In this document: positions 13,054 to 28,000 of the stretch, in pieces
How the letters are laid out: each line of letters begins with the position of its first letter
Position numbering within the stretch: position 1 is the first letter of the stretch
NCBI GenBank assembly: GCA_964247055.1
Contig: OZ176056.1
Span: 1,736,001-1,800,000 of the forward strand
Reading direction: 5' to 3'
From: Paragordius varius
Taxonomy: Eukaryota > Animalia > Nematomorpha
Length of the DNA: 64,000 nt
Position numbers and translations under genes: made by a program
Notes under the pieces: model-generated
What the model was told of the DNA's origin: nothing
What the model saw: the letters and a program-made list of their open reading frames with translations, nothing else
The model's database searches: none

Positions 13054-15650
13054 TCATAAATTCCTTGTAAAATTGCCATTTGTAGCATTCGTATTATTGT
13101 TATTGCTTGAGTCTGAAATGGAAACTCCATTAGAAACATCAGACAAATTATCACTGTTGATTGTTGTAACGATATCTGGTAGATTATTGGAATCTATTCA
13201 CATAATAAACAATATATTTGATTATCCAAATGTTATAAAAAAAACGTATCAACAAAAATTGTGAGCATAAGGACAAAATTAAAGAGTAGGTTAAAATCTT
13301 TATTTTTTATTTAGAAAAGTAATTCATGGTTCATAAATTTATTTCAAAAAAATTAGGCCACATATATTTATTTTAATTATAAGGGTAAATAATTACTTGG
13401 TATTTACAAAAGTTAAACTAGAATCCTTAATCCCAAATAGGAATAAATTTAAATAAAAAACTCCAAAATGCATTTTTATAATAACTAAAATATCAACATA
13501 CTTTCAGACGGTACATTTTGAGCATGGGAATTAATTCCAGTCGATAGTATGTTATTACTGCCATCGTTATGATTTGATCGATTTGTGTTGAGACGTTGCA
13601 TTAGTGATTCTGTTTGATCAACATTTAAACATTCAATCAATTGGTTTGTCAGTTCAAAAACTGATGTCTTATCTTTTCCTACATCTCTATAAATCAATTA
13701 ATTTCAGTAAAAATGAAAATTTAAAAAATAAAAAAAAAACAAATATTTTTTTTTAAAAAACAATCATTCATAAATTAATAAATATAAAATTGGAAATAAT
13801 GAAAAGGGCAGGCATAAAAGACAGACAATTTTCAGAAAACATACATTAATTGTATCGGGTTTAAATCTCTGAAATATGAAAAAAGTTGAAATTCTTTCCA
13901 AGAATCGAAAAATATAAAATGACAAAAACAGATATTTAATATTTTTGAAGCCATATAATATATATTATACCTCAAAACATCTCTAAGCAGTTTGCGCTGT
14001 TTAACTTGACGTATTTTGTTTCGTAAAAATTTGCCGTGTTCAACTAAATCCGGATAATTGTAAGTAGTGGTCCTTTCATAATAAGCCTCCGAGAAAGTCG
14101 GTTTATTCGATTCAAAAATAATTTGTTTTAATTGCCATTCATACCAATGTGCCATGCTTTCATTGCTATCCCATTCAGGCTTCAACAATGATTGCTGGAT
14201 TTGTTGGGTGTAATGTACATCTTTGTTCTATGAGAATAAAAAATAAATTTAATAGGAAAAAGTGTTGATTTTTTATATATTTTAATCAATTTTTGGTACT
14301 TATGGATAAATAAAAATAAAAAATTTATTAACACTAATATATACTATTCACAAAACACTAAAATTCAAATTTTTTTATTTTACTGTTTTATTTATTTATA
14401 AATTAACCTACCACGAATATTCTATTTATATTAATAAAGTTAAAAACAATTCTTTAATAAATTACCCTTTCTGTATTATTCGGTTCATCATCATTTCCAA
14501 GTATAAAATTGGTTTGATTATTAGTTATTAATTCTTGATTAATTGTCAATTGCAAAAATTCCTGGATCCAATCATGTAAAATATGTTGAACTATAAAATT
14601 TGCTTTGATTTCAGATTTGTACGTTTCATAATTATTATTTTCAATGTTATTATCAAAGTTTTTCAAATTTAAGCAATTTTTTTGCGCTAAAATTTGATCT
14701 GCAAAAGGTAAGAGGATGGCCCTTATTCGATGTTCCAAAATGAGTCGCCGAAAACGCCAATAAAAAAATTGTCGAGCATTTTTCCATTCTACCACAGCCT
14801 GAAATTAAAGTAAAAATGACAAAATATTAAAAATATAAAAGACAAAATATTAAATGTAAAATATTTTTTTATTTAAAGCCTTGATCTTTGTTTTTAAACA
14901 ATGTATATAAATACGGTTGTAAAGTCCAAAATGTTTAACCATTTAATATCTTTTATTCTTTATAATCCTAGAAAAAAGGCTATTTTACAGACATGATAAA
15001 AATTAAAAAATCAATATTTTTTAATATTCAATATTCCCAATCTTATTAATTATTACAAAATATTAGACTTTTGAAACGATAAGTATGATATAAAAAAATC
15101 GTAAAAAATAATAATGTTTTCCAAAATATTTATAACTGAAAATATTTAGAAAAGAATTCTATTATAAGATTGTATATATGATAAAGTTACAGTAAGAAAA
15201 CGGATAAAACGTTAAAATATAAAGACAAATTTTTTCTTCAAAAGAAAACCATTTAATTTATCCTATAAAAATTATTTAATACAATCGTAAGATATATAAT
15301 TGATTTAGTTACCGATTTTGTATAATATAAAAAAAGATTTTATAAATATGGTTCCTGAAAAAAATACTTGTCTTTATTTTACATTTTATCCGTACAATTT
15401 AAAATTTTACTGTATAAATAAGAGTATTTATTTATAGAATTTAATTTTTTATTTTAATATTAAAAAAACTAAAAAAAACCTTGATTACGCCCACCTCCAA
15501 CATACGTCCAGGTTTATCGTGTAATTCAGCAAAAGCGATAGCAATTTGTTGGTATATTGCCATTAAATTATCCTCTCTAATAAACCAAACATAAATTTAA
15601 CACAAATATTTTACAAGCCTATTTAAATTGAATACTAAAATGTAATAGAT

Positions 15651-15701
<51 letters not shown>

Positions 15702-16369
15702 AATATATATTAATAAAAAATTTTGTAGTTGATCCACCATTTACGCTTTGAACCATGTAAAATTTTAATTTTAAATTTACGTTTCTTCTTAAAATTCACA
15801 AAAAATTAAATGTTTCTGGATATTTGTTTTATTTTATCTGCATTTTTTCATCAAACCAAAGTAATAAAACTGAGAAATTAAAAGGCAAATATATAATGTT
15901 AATGAATAAAATCTGAATCTTTGTTCAAAAGATTTTTCAGTTTTAATTATTTGTTAAATCAATATTATAATGGTATACTCTATTTCACATTTTTTAGATA
16001 GTAAAATATTTAAATTAAAACCTTTGTTAAAGGAATTTTAGTTTTGATTTAATTAATATCACAAATATCAACATTTTTTCTTAAATTATCTTTCAAAAAT
16101 CAAACAAACCTTTGTTTAAGCAATTTTTCGGTTATATCCCGTTCCCCCATTAAATTTGCCAAATTATTTATATCGAGTGTTGAAGTATCGGTATTACATT
16201 CATTTTTGGTCAAGAGTGTATCTAGAGAATTCGATGAAGAGTTACTGATTTTATTTGGTTGTTGAACATTTTCCAATTTTTTATCTTTGAGTGAATCGAT
16301 ATGTGCTTGGATATTCTTAGGGGTTACCTGATTGATATTTAGGGCTTGTTGTGGTTCTAAATATTTAGG

Positions 16370-16405
<36 letters not shown>

Positions 16406-19400
16406 TCTTTATATTAGTAAAAAATAATTTGCAAATTTAATAAATATCGAATATTCGGACATAAAACAAAGATGTTATAGACTATGTTTTTTCGAAAAAA
16501 AGGTCAAAAAATAATGGTAAAAAAATTATATTACACTAGACAACAAATTTTTCTGCCACTCGAGTTTTTTGCATTTTTTGATATTTAATATCATTTTAAC
16601 AGTAAATCTGAAATAAAAATTATAACTCGTTGGAAGAATTTTGAATAATTTGATTTTTTAGATTATGCGCCCTCTTTATCAAAATTTTACTAAAAAATGT
16701 TTTTCTTTGAAAATATACAAGTAATGCTCATTTGTAATATATCATTCGAAAGAGTATTAAAAACTCTATAAAATGTATACTAATATGTATTATATCGACA
16801 GTTAATATTGGACACAAAGAGCGACAAACGCGCGAAGCGAGAGCATTTTTTTTAATTATTATATTTTTAAAACGATGAAAATAGCTCAAACTTTGTTTAG
16901 ATGGAGATGAATGTCCAAAAAAGATAACACAAGAAAGTTTTTTTTTGATTAAAACATTTTTTATTGCTTTTATGTCACTCAAAACAGCCATTTTTGATTT
17001 TTTTTTAAAAAATTATTATCTCATCAATATTAATTTATTTTCTTTACAATTATAATTTCGAAAATTTAAAGATAAAAGCAAAGTTTAAGGTATTTTTGAT
17101 CTTTTATAGCCATTATGTAATAAATTTACAGTTAAAACTATGCATTTTAGTATCCACTAGGTAAAATATTTATGATAATAATAATTTTTATTAAAAAAGC
17201 AAACCAAAAGCTTTTCCAAACATTTTTTTTAAATTAAATGCTAATATAACACTAATAATTAAATTAAAATAATTTAAATGATTTTTAAATTAGTTTGTCT
17301 GTGGAAATTCTTGACTTAAAGGATTGAAAATTTTAACCATTCAAATCCAAATAACTTTTACATATTATAGATTTAAATGACTTACTACCATTTAAAAGAT
17401 GCAGTTTTTTTGCGCTCTTTCGAATGATATAAAATACATGGCTTCATTAAAACTTTAAATTTTTGAAATTTCGAGTTTAATGTTAAATCTGGGCCAAAAA
17501 TTATCGATAAACTCTAATATAAAAAAATTCTTCCATGTAAGACCAATTTTCTTTTCAGATATACTAATTATGTACTTTAATGAAATAAATTATAAATTTA
17601 CAAGAATGGCAGTTAAAAAAAGTTAACATTTGTTGTCTAGTGTTATTAACATAAAAATAAAATAAGAAATATTATAATGTTTTGTTAACAAAATTACAGC
17701 ATATTTATAGTATAACCTTTATTATCCCTATTATAACTCATGTAAAACACTCAATTTTTTAATATATTCCAACAATTATATAATTATTAGAAACAAAGAA
17801 ACATATGATTTTATAAATTTAAACTTTTGAATTTTCAAATAAACTATCTTTTAAAGGAAAATATTTAACCAATTTTATGGGATGAGGTAAGATTCAACAA
17901 TTTTTGTCGCAATTGTTGACAAGTTTCGTCCGTTCTTTCAATGACTTTGGAGATGTCTTTCGATCGAAATCGGATTTCAATAGTGCCGGTCGGTTCTAGG
18001 ACACCACCTCTGTAGTTGTAAAGCATAAAGCAGGATTATAAATTAAATTTTTTTGAATTGAACAAAAAGTATAATTTATTGCTTTAACGATTATAAATTT
18101 AAAAAATATTTAACATATTATATAAATGTCTATTATATGAATATTGTTAAGTAATAAAAAGTCAAATGAGTTTAAATAATGAAATAACTATGCGAGTTTA
18201 CCATATAAAACTGTCAAATTCCACAATCTTAATTAAAGTAACCTCTAAAATCCATCTAAAACCTCTACGACACCCTAGAGTTTCCAAAATAAAAGGCTAA
18301 CAAACTTAATTTAATATAAAATAGATGTAGATTATATGAATCTTGTTGATTTGCCAAAGGTCCAATGAGCCAAAGAAAAACTATGCTCGTTTTGTAGAAA
18401 AACAGTAAAAACCACAAATTTTAGGTAATATAACCTCTAGAATCCATCTATAACCTCTACGAAACCCACAAAATTTCTAAAATCTCCAATTTTTTAAAAA
18501 TAATCTTAAACATCTAACAAAGTATTAACCTGCTGTCCTTATCCGCATACATTTCCAAGCATGTGGGATTTATTGAAGGATCTAAAACAACCCAGGCCCC
18601 ACCTCTAAGTTCACTGGCAGGTGGCAGATATACTATAACGGGCTGTTCATAATGCGCTAACGCATCTACTATGTAAGCCCCAAATTTTAAGACTTGATCA
18701 AACATATCTGCATATTGAGACAAAAATCAAAAATAAAATGAAATTATTGAATTATATCGTTAAACGTAAAAACTTAATATAAAATATATTTGCATATTGA
18801 TAGAAATATAAATGTAGAATTTAAGAGTTAAAGAACGGTAAAAATAGATGCAAAATTTTTTTATCTTGGTTTAAATATTTATTTTACCTAAACGACTTTA
18901 TGATTAAAATTTTAAAAATGAAAATTAACCATTAAAAACATACTGAGAATATAAAGAAAAAATTTGTATTTTTAAAACTTTTCCCCAAATTTGAGGACTT
19001 GATCAAACATATCCGCATATTAAGAATTTAAAAAAAATGCCGACACACGTAAAAAAACTTAATATAAAACATATCTATCTATATTAAAAAAAAATGTAAA
19101 ATTATATAGTTAAAGAACGGCAAAAATATATGCGAAAAATTTTAATCTTAGTAAATTTATATTATTTAAATCTTAATTATACCTATGCGACATACGTAAA
19201 AAACCTAATATAAAATATATCTGAATATTGAGATAAAAATAAATGTGGAATTTGATAGTTAAAAACAGGTAAAAATAAATGCGAAAAAATTTGATCTTAG
19301 TGATTTTGTATTAATTAAATCTTAATTATACCTATACGACTTATAGGTAACACAATTGATCATGCACATCTCATTTATATGAATAAAATTTTATGAAAAT

Positions 19401-22045
19401 TAAACATTGAAATTATATTGAAAATATAAGGATTAAATTTTTGTATATTTTTAAACTTTACGTCAATAACACTCGGGCAAACATATCTGCATATTAGAAT
19501 TATAAAACAAAATGTTATAAAAAGTAAAAAAATTATATTTAGAGGAAAACCCATATTTTTATTCTATTTTATCATTTATAAAACGTATAACTATTATGAA
19601 ATATATAGATTACTTGTTAGCATTTATCTGTATTCCTAATTTCGTATCAAAGTGTTAATAAAAATTAAAATATTTTATTTACAATAATGATTTAAAACAA
19701 ACCACCAAAATTAATAAAGGCAGCAATATTTTTACACCATGTTTTTCACTTGGTCAAAAATTTATGCAAGTTAGTTTAAATAACACCAATGTAATTAAAT
19801 TAATCATGATTGGATTATGAAAATTTTGTATTAGAATCTACATGATTGCATTAATACTTGTATTTCAACGCATATTTAACCAATTTTAAAATTAATATTT
19901 ATTTTTATAATCAAAGTAAACCATATATAGGAAGATTTGCCACACAAACAATAAAAAATTATATAATTCATTTAAAACTGTCTCTACTTACCATTCACAA
20001 ACTGTTTCTACTAAAAAATTCCTTTAATAATAAAAACCCCAGAACAGATAAATTTTGGTATCAAAAACTGTCGGTTAATTTATCGTGAAATTAAAAAATA
20101 ATAAATTTTGAACAAAAAACTAATTAAAAAATATTAATACCTTTCATTCCACCCGAGAAACCTCTCCAATTAGCAAAAATCATGAGAGGTAAGCCTTCAC
20201 GGTTAAAATCATTGATGGCCTGAGCCGTTTTATAAGCCGAATCAGGGAACCATACTTGACCAGCTTGACTAACATTCTAACATGAGTTTTTTGTAAAATA
20301 AAGTTATTTTTCCTTCACTAAAATAATGCTTAAATATTAAGTGTGTCTTTATTTTGCTAATAATGCGGGGTTATATTTAAACGTAAAAGTTACTAAGGTT
20401 ATCTAATTGTAAAATATAAATTACATTACTTTTTTATATTTTTTATAAAAAATTTAAGTTACACGGAGACTTCAAACTAAATCAGGGAACATTAATTTTT
20501 AGACAAGTCTCATCTCAATTTGTATGATATAATTCAACAATTAATTAAAGGCAAAACATATTTTAGAAAAATCCCAATTATTATTCACATTACAATTTCT
20601 TTTGAACGCATCTTTCGGATTTACAATATATTTAAATTTTGACAAAATCAAAATTTTCATGCCATTCTTACTACATGAGACGCTATAAAACTTTCCAGTA
20701 AAGAAAAACACACAATAAAAATTTATGGACCAATTTTTAAAATCAAAATTTTAGAAAAAAATCAGTAATATACCTTAGCTTCAGAATCAGGATTCGCAGG
20801 ATCTGCCGGAATATCAACTTCAACACAGCGGGTTTCAACCGCTATAACGCCTAACGGAATTCCCCCCAGTCGACCACGTCCACAAACTACGGTAGGGGCC
20901 CAAGGTTTCATGATTTCATCAAACGAATCTTTTAACAAAAAAAAGTTAATTTGACAATCAAATATACCAACATTTTTTCAAGCAAAAACAACTGAAAAAA
21001 TGTTGCGTTTAATCGAAAAAATGGTATAATTATATTAATAAAGAAATTTACATTGGCAAATTGATATTATTACTAAGAATTTTTTGATCAAACGTTATCA
21101 TTTTTTATTGCATTTTTAATTTAGCATTTATAATAATTTGTTTTAAAAAAGATTATATATATATTCAAATATTGCTAAATTAAAAATTACATAATCTCCA
21201 ATTATATTTAATTTTGTAAAGGTGAATTTTTTAATTATATAGTAGGGTATTGTTTAATCTACAAATAAACTTTTGGGAATTAATTTTAAAATATACCAAA
21301 AAATATTTGTATGGTATTCTTATAAGATAGCTATTTTTGTTAATTTTATGTTTTGTTCATGTATATTTTTTTAACAACATTATATCAGTTTTTAAATTTT
21401 TTAGCTCATGCCTTATATTAATAATATATGCTTCAAATTTACCCAAACATTTTTCCTATCAAATCTTAAGCATTTCAATTTATAAATAAACTAGTTTAAT
21501 ATAAATTTTTTTACTAACAAATAATTTTAAATTAAATATGTAACAAACATATTTCTTTTAGTAGCAGTACATATTTATCATAAATAATACCTTCATCTAA
21601 AATTCCGCGTAAACGCAATTTCGTATTTATATTGGTCATGGCTCCAAATTGACCACGTTGTTTAATTGGCGTGGGCGGCATATTTTTATCCATGTTAGAT
21701 TTCTTATTATCTATATTAGACTTGTCTAAGTAATCAGCAGTTTCATTTTTTCCACTATTTTTTTTATTAATGACCATGTTTTGCGTAGTTTTTGATTTTT
21801 GTTTTAATGTATTTTCATTTTTATCACCAGTCAGGGTGTTAGGATTTTGAGCATTTTCTCTTTTATTAAAAATATTTGGTAGAGCATAAGAAGACGTTGT
21901 GTCCGAAAGGAGTGACGAAGTTGATAAATTTTGTCGCATACATGCTTCCTCAACGCTAAAATTAAAATTTATTAATAAGTAATTTTATTTTATTTGATTT
22001 AAAAAAAATTTAAAAGTATATATGGATGGAATTTTTTTGGAATGA

Positions 22046-22098
<53 letters not shown>

Positions 22099-25000
22099 AA
22101 ACATAAAATAAATAGACTAATATATACCTTTATATGTAAATATGGAAAATTGTTAAATTAAAGTATATGGTTTAATTTTTTTGGAATGATTTAAATTATC
22201 ACAAAAACGTAACATAAAAAGACTAATATACATACCTTTTTAATATATACGAATATGGAAATTTGAAAAATGCGATATAAAAACTACATAAAGTATATTA
22301 TGATTATATTTATTTTTTTATTTCGAAAATATTATATCCAATCTTAATATTTAGTCAATACTTTTTTTAACCATTTTGCCTCTTGAAATAATACATAGTA
22401 TGTAAATTTTAATACATCCAAACCATATTATAACTAAAAACTAAGGATCAATAAATGTATATTTCCCATAAAAATATAATTTAACCAAAATTCTTTATAA
22501 CTGAAAATGGAAATAATTAAAAATATTTTAAATTTTAAAGTTTATCTATAAAATTACCCAAACCTCTATAAAATGTAGCTTCCAATATATTTATCGCTAA
22601 ATACAAAATTCAAAACGCCGCAAAAACTTAGTTTTAGAAAAAATGTATTCATAAATTTGTACCTAAATATACTATCATCTCCGTGATTTTGATGTTCCCC
22701 CTTAGCGACGACAGATTTATTATGATCAATATTTTGTCCTTTTTTTGTTTGATCAAACGTATTACTACTCATATTATTTGTTGAAATGATTTCATTATTT
22801 TTAGTAGTTGTATTAACATTTGCGACAATTGGTTCGGCATTAAAATTATATGTGGATTCTTTGTTAAATGTGTTATTATTAGGATTAGGGGGTGGTATAG
22901 TACAATTAATTTCTTTCCCATCTAACATCCAACGCGGATCGTAAGGCGATTTTGTGGGCACAAAATCTGGCGGAAAAAATATATGAATATTTTACGAAAA
23001 TTTTTTGGAAAGATTTCAGGGGACTTACTATAATTGGGTTATTTGCAACACAAAAGTTGTATGAAAAAAAGCCCAAAATATTGAATAAAATAATCAAACT
23101 AGTGTAAGAAAAAAAAATTATTTAACATTTTTTTATTTTTTTTTCATAAAACTCCAGTGTTGCAAATTGACCAACTATAATGTGTAATAAGCAACCATTT
23201 AAATGCATGCTGTAAAAAAGATTTAAATTTTTTTACCTTCTAATCTAAAACTATGTTCAGTTTTAAAAAATTACATTTATCAAAGTGCCGTTTTTTAAAC
23301 AACTAATTAAAAATATTATATTTTCTTAGCTTTAAATTTTAACAATATAATGTAATTAAAAGTTGTATCTGCGTTAATGATATAGTTGCGACCTATTTTA
23401 ATAAAAAAACTCGCTTCTGGTCTAAATTATATTGTACATAAGATTAACTGCATCATTAATAAAAGGGTTAAATTATGCTAAAAAATTCATATAACTTTAA
23501 TTTATCATAATTTTTGGAATTAAACTGTGCTTAAAACTGATTTTGATTAAACAACATTTAAAATTATATTTTAATGGATAATATAAAAATATATACCAAT
23601 CTGTCTATCCAATGGGTCTTTCAACATATGCAAAGGAGTAATAGGGAGTTCAGATCCTTTATTCTAAAGTTTTTAATATAAATTTATCCAAAATTAACCA
23701 TAAAACTCTTTAAATTAATACAATCAACAAAAACTGCATATTCTTAATTAAATCCAAAATCAAGATTCAACATATAGTTAACATGCATTAAAAGTCTAAA
23801 AACCTTTTAAAAGTAAATTATTTATTCATATTTGGCTGTAAATAATTAAAATCCTTACAGTAAAAATAAAAATTATCGGACAAAACGTAAAAAAAGACAT
23901 TTTTCAAAAGACAACCATACTTTTTACATTTTTATTTATTTCAAAGACACCATTGTTTATAATTACAAATTAGGATTTGAGATGCAGAATGGTAACACAA
24001 TCAATTATATTTATTTTCCAATTGTAATTAAATAGTGTTTATAAGGGAAAATTAAGCCTTAAAAACTTTTAAAAAAATATATAAATTTATAATTTTACGT
24101 TTTGTCCGTATATCTTAAAATGAAATTAAAAATTTCATATTTTTTTTCATACCTTGGGTAAATAAGTCAACCATTTAAGGAAAAGTCCAATGGCAGATAA
24201 ATCATTCTTGGCAGCGCTATGAGTAACTCCATTATTGTACATAATTTGTAAGCCTCCCAGTTGCGTATTCGATGTATAAACTTCCCTACCTAGGTTATAA
24301 ATTTAAAAAAATTATAATTTAATAAATTTTTCATTAGTTTAAAAATTTTGTAGGATAAAAAATTAAGGGTATTATATATATTTAAAAAAGTTGGTAAAAT
24401 AATAAAAACACTAAAGATTATATATATATATATTAAAACCCAATAAACATCCAAAACCTGTTAAAACTAAAACTTTTATTGATGTCTAAACTCATCATGA
24501 ATAAAAATACTGAGCATATACCCAATAAAATGATAAAAAAATAAAATTTCAACATAAAACCAAAAATTCTTTATATGGTTATGTACTACAACATTTTTAA
24601 TGTTATAGTTAATAATCGATATAAAAAATACCAAATAATACCCAAAAATCAATAAAAAAATATCCAAAATCATTTTTAAAAATATGTGCTCAACAAACAT
24701 CCAATATAATATGTTTTGCGATTGATTAATTAATATTCCTATTTTTACTAAAACCTACAATAAAAACACCCAACACATACTAATAAACATAAAAATTTTG
24801 TAAAAAATAACCCAAAGACTAAAAAAACTTAAATCGACGAAACTGCTTTTCAACAATACTAAAATATTTCCATTATCAAAGTTTATAAAACCCAAAGAAG
24901 CACTCAAAAAAGTATTGAATAACCGTAATAATACTAAATCTATTTATCCAAAAGTTTATTTAAAGCTATATAAAAAAAACTCGACATAATAAACCCCAAA

Positions 25001-28000
25001 ATTTCAAAAAAATTAAAATTTTCCTGATTCCCATCTCTGTATTAATTAAAAAAACCTTTACAAAATTCAAATATTAACTTACCCAAGAGTTTATTTAAAG
25101 CAGCTGATCCGGTGAGAATAATATGCGAATTTTCCGTTTGTATAACACGTTGTCCCAATCGAATTAAATACGCCCCTATGCCTATCGAACGACAGGTGAC
25201 GATGCCAAATGTGGGAATTAACTCATACGCCCTTGAAGTTATGCCTAAAATATCAGCAAATATATAATTTATACAATTTGTAATAATAAATATTAATTAA
25301 TTAAAATTTTAAATTTAAAGAATTAAAAATGAAATTTACAAAATTTTATTTAATATAAAACGGAAGGGTTAATTTAACAATTTTTTTTGAGAAAGCTTAT
25401 GATCAGCTTGACGACCTAGTTTTTGAAATATTAAGAGAAAATCAAAATTGGGCAAAAATGAAAATTAAGATAAATAAAAAAATAATGATAAAACTCGAAT
25501 AAGTTGGTATATATTTTAAAGTTAACAGTTCTTAATATTACTTTTTATAAAATATTAATATAAATTTTTATTTGACTTCAAACTTTTTATACAAAAATTA
25601 AGAAATTAAACTTTTTCTTGTTTTTCAACTCTAAAATTTAAATAATAAATACCAGCAATCATAGCGCTTCCCTTTAAATTTTCCACACCCAAATCCGATT
25701 GAGTCCCAATGATACAATCAATTTTATAATGGATTTCTTTCGAAATTGAGTTATTGTGGTTTGAATTTGTTTTTTGTTCTCCATTCAAAATTTGTTCGTC
25801 TAAAGTCTTGGAAATTTCAATTTTTTCTGCAATGACAGCATGTTTAACAAGGGCCGATTCGTAGTCTTCTGGAGTCAGGTACAAGTATTTGTAACCCTAA
25901 ATAGTAGGTAAAAAAATGTTGTTCTTTATAATAATTAAATTTTTTAGCGGTTTAATAAAAACAACTAAACTTTGTTTAAATCGAATTAATAGCAAACATA
26001 AAAATTAATTTTTTGATAAAAAAACACGCTTGATAAAGATTATTTCACAAAAAAATGCTGTGAAATGTTCGAAATATTTCAAATTAACTTTGTACTAAAA
26101 TGATAATTTATAAATAAACTTAATTCCCTCAACACAAATAAAATATTATTTAGTTTCGATTTTAAATAAATGATGACTTTAAATAAAAAGAAAAAAAAAA
26201 CGTCAAAAAATTAACTTTATTTATTTAGTTTCATTTTAAATAAAAATTATTTTAACAAAAGTTAAAAAAACGTTAAAAAATTTATACCTTATTTGGATCT
26301 TGTGGGTCTTCCCAACACACTCGGAATTTATTTTTCAAATCCTCGTCTAAACCTATCCGCGCTCCACTATTTGCCGCAATGTATAATCTGTTTTTGTGAC
26401 AAGCAAAAAATAAAAAAAATTGTTTTAAAATTATTTTATCAGTAAAAAAACTGCAAATTTGGAAAAAATATCATTATAATTAACTAAAAAAATTTAATTT
26501 AAAACTTATATCAGCAAATATGATTTACTTATTTTTAAGCGTAATGTATAGAATAAAATATCGTAAGTCTTAATGTTATACAGTAAATATTAAAATTAGA
26601 CGGACTTAACGAAAAAATGTAAAGACAAATATTTTTGTTAAAAAAGACAACACCATAATTTATTAAACCGTAACTTTTCTTATATAATATATTTATTAAA
26701 TGCATTGTAAAATATATAATTGATTGTGCTACCAATATACTCTATTTCATACTTTGCCAATTTAAACAATGAGTTATAATATATATATATAATTAAAACA
26801 ACCAAGTTTAAATAGTATGGTTGTTATTTAAAAAAATATTTTTCTTCATATTCTTACGTTTTGTCCGTTTTAATTTTTATAAATTTGAATTTAAGTTAAA
26901 AAAGTTTATTTACTCTAATATAAAAATAAAAATTTTAATCTTATTCATTTAAAACTGAATTCAAAAATAAATTAATAATTAAAATAAATGATTTTTCAAA
27001 AAATTTAAAATAAAAACCGCGGTACGCCCAATTGTATAGCCAATTCCGTAGCTTTATAATAAAGGATATCTTCTTGGGTACCGAAAGAGCCAATTTTATG
27101 TGTTATATCATTCGCTATAACTATAATATCTCGCCCTATGTATAAATTTATATAATTGAAAAAAGATAAATTTAAAAAAATTAATTAAAAAAATTAATAT
27201 AACAACTGTCATTTTTCTCATGAAATTAACCAAAATTAATTATACTTTTATTTTTTTGGTTAAGTTAAAATGAATATGGTGGTACAATATGGGGCTAAGA
27301 ATTTCTTTGAATTTTATATTAAACTATACCACATACTAATAAATTAGGGGTGTGCAATACAAATAGCTTCACGGGTCGCATGCAAAAAGTTATTGCACCG
27401 GTAAATATTTTATTAAATTTAAATATATATAAGACTGTAAAAATTTTAAAACACATTATAGATGTATTATATTCCATTTACAGTTCAAATTCACCCTTGA
27501 ACAATTCAAATTCACCTTAAAATAAATAATGTGATTTTTTATGATTAAAACTTAACATTATTTTTTTAATATTTTTAAAATATGAAATTCTGTTTAAAAT
27601 TATGCTGAAAAAATAATATATGTAGTAAAAATTTATTTCATATTAATGATGAGTATTAGCCCCAAAACTTATAATTTATTTTTAGGGCGAATTCGGCTTG
27701 TTCAAAGGTGAATTTGAATTGTAAATGGTATACTATTTATTTTACCAATTTTTGCTAGTTTGTCGCCAAAATTTGAAAAATCTCAGTGGAAAATATAATT
27801 AATTAAATAATAACAATTTTACTAAGATTTGGCAAGGATAGATATAATTAATTAGTTTATGTTTACTTAGTATTTTAGCGTAAATTATTTTAAATGGCAT
27901 TAGATAGTATACTAATCATTTATTTAGTATATAATGCACTTTACATTCATTTTTTCCAGAAAAACATTTTACATTTTAAAAAATACTATAAACTTTTTTT

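Noticed and set aside
12927-13154. 75-aa ORF as the ACC C-terminus
   Set aside because: Wrong frame. The phase-1 junction from exon 51 gives NSNNLPDIV...NFTRNL-stop at 13054.
16728-16991. 87-aa ORF within the CACTA-like element
   Set aside because: No recognisable transposase or zinc-finger motif.
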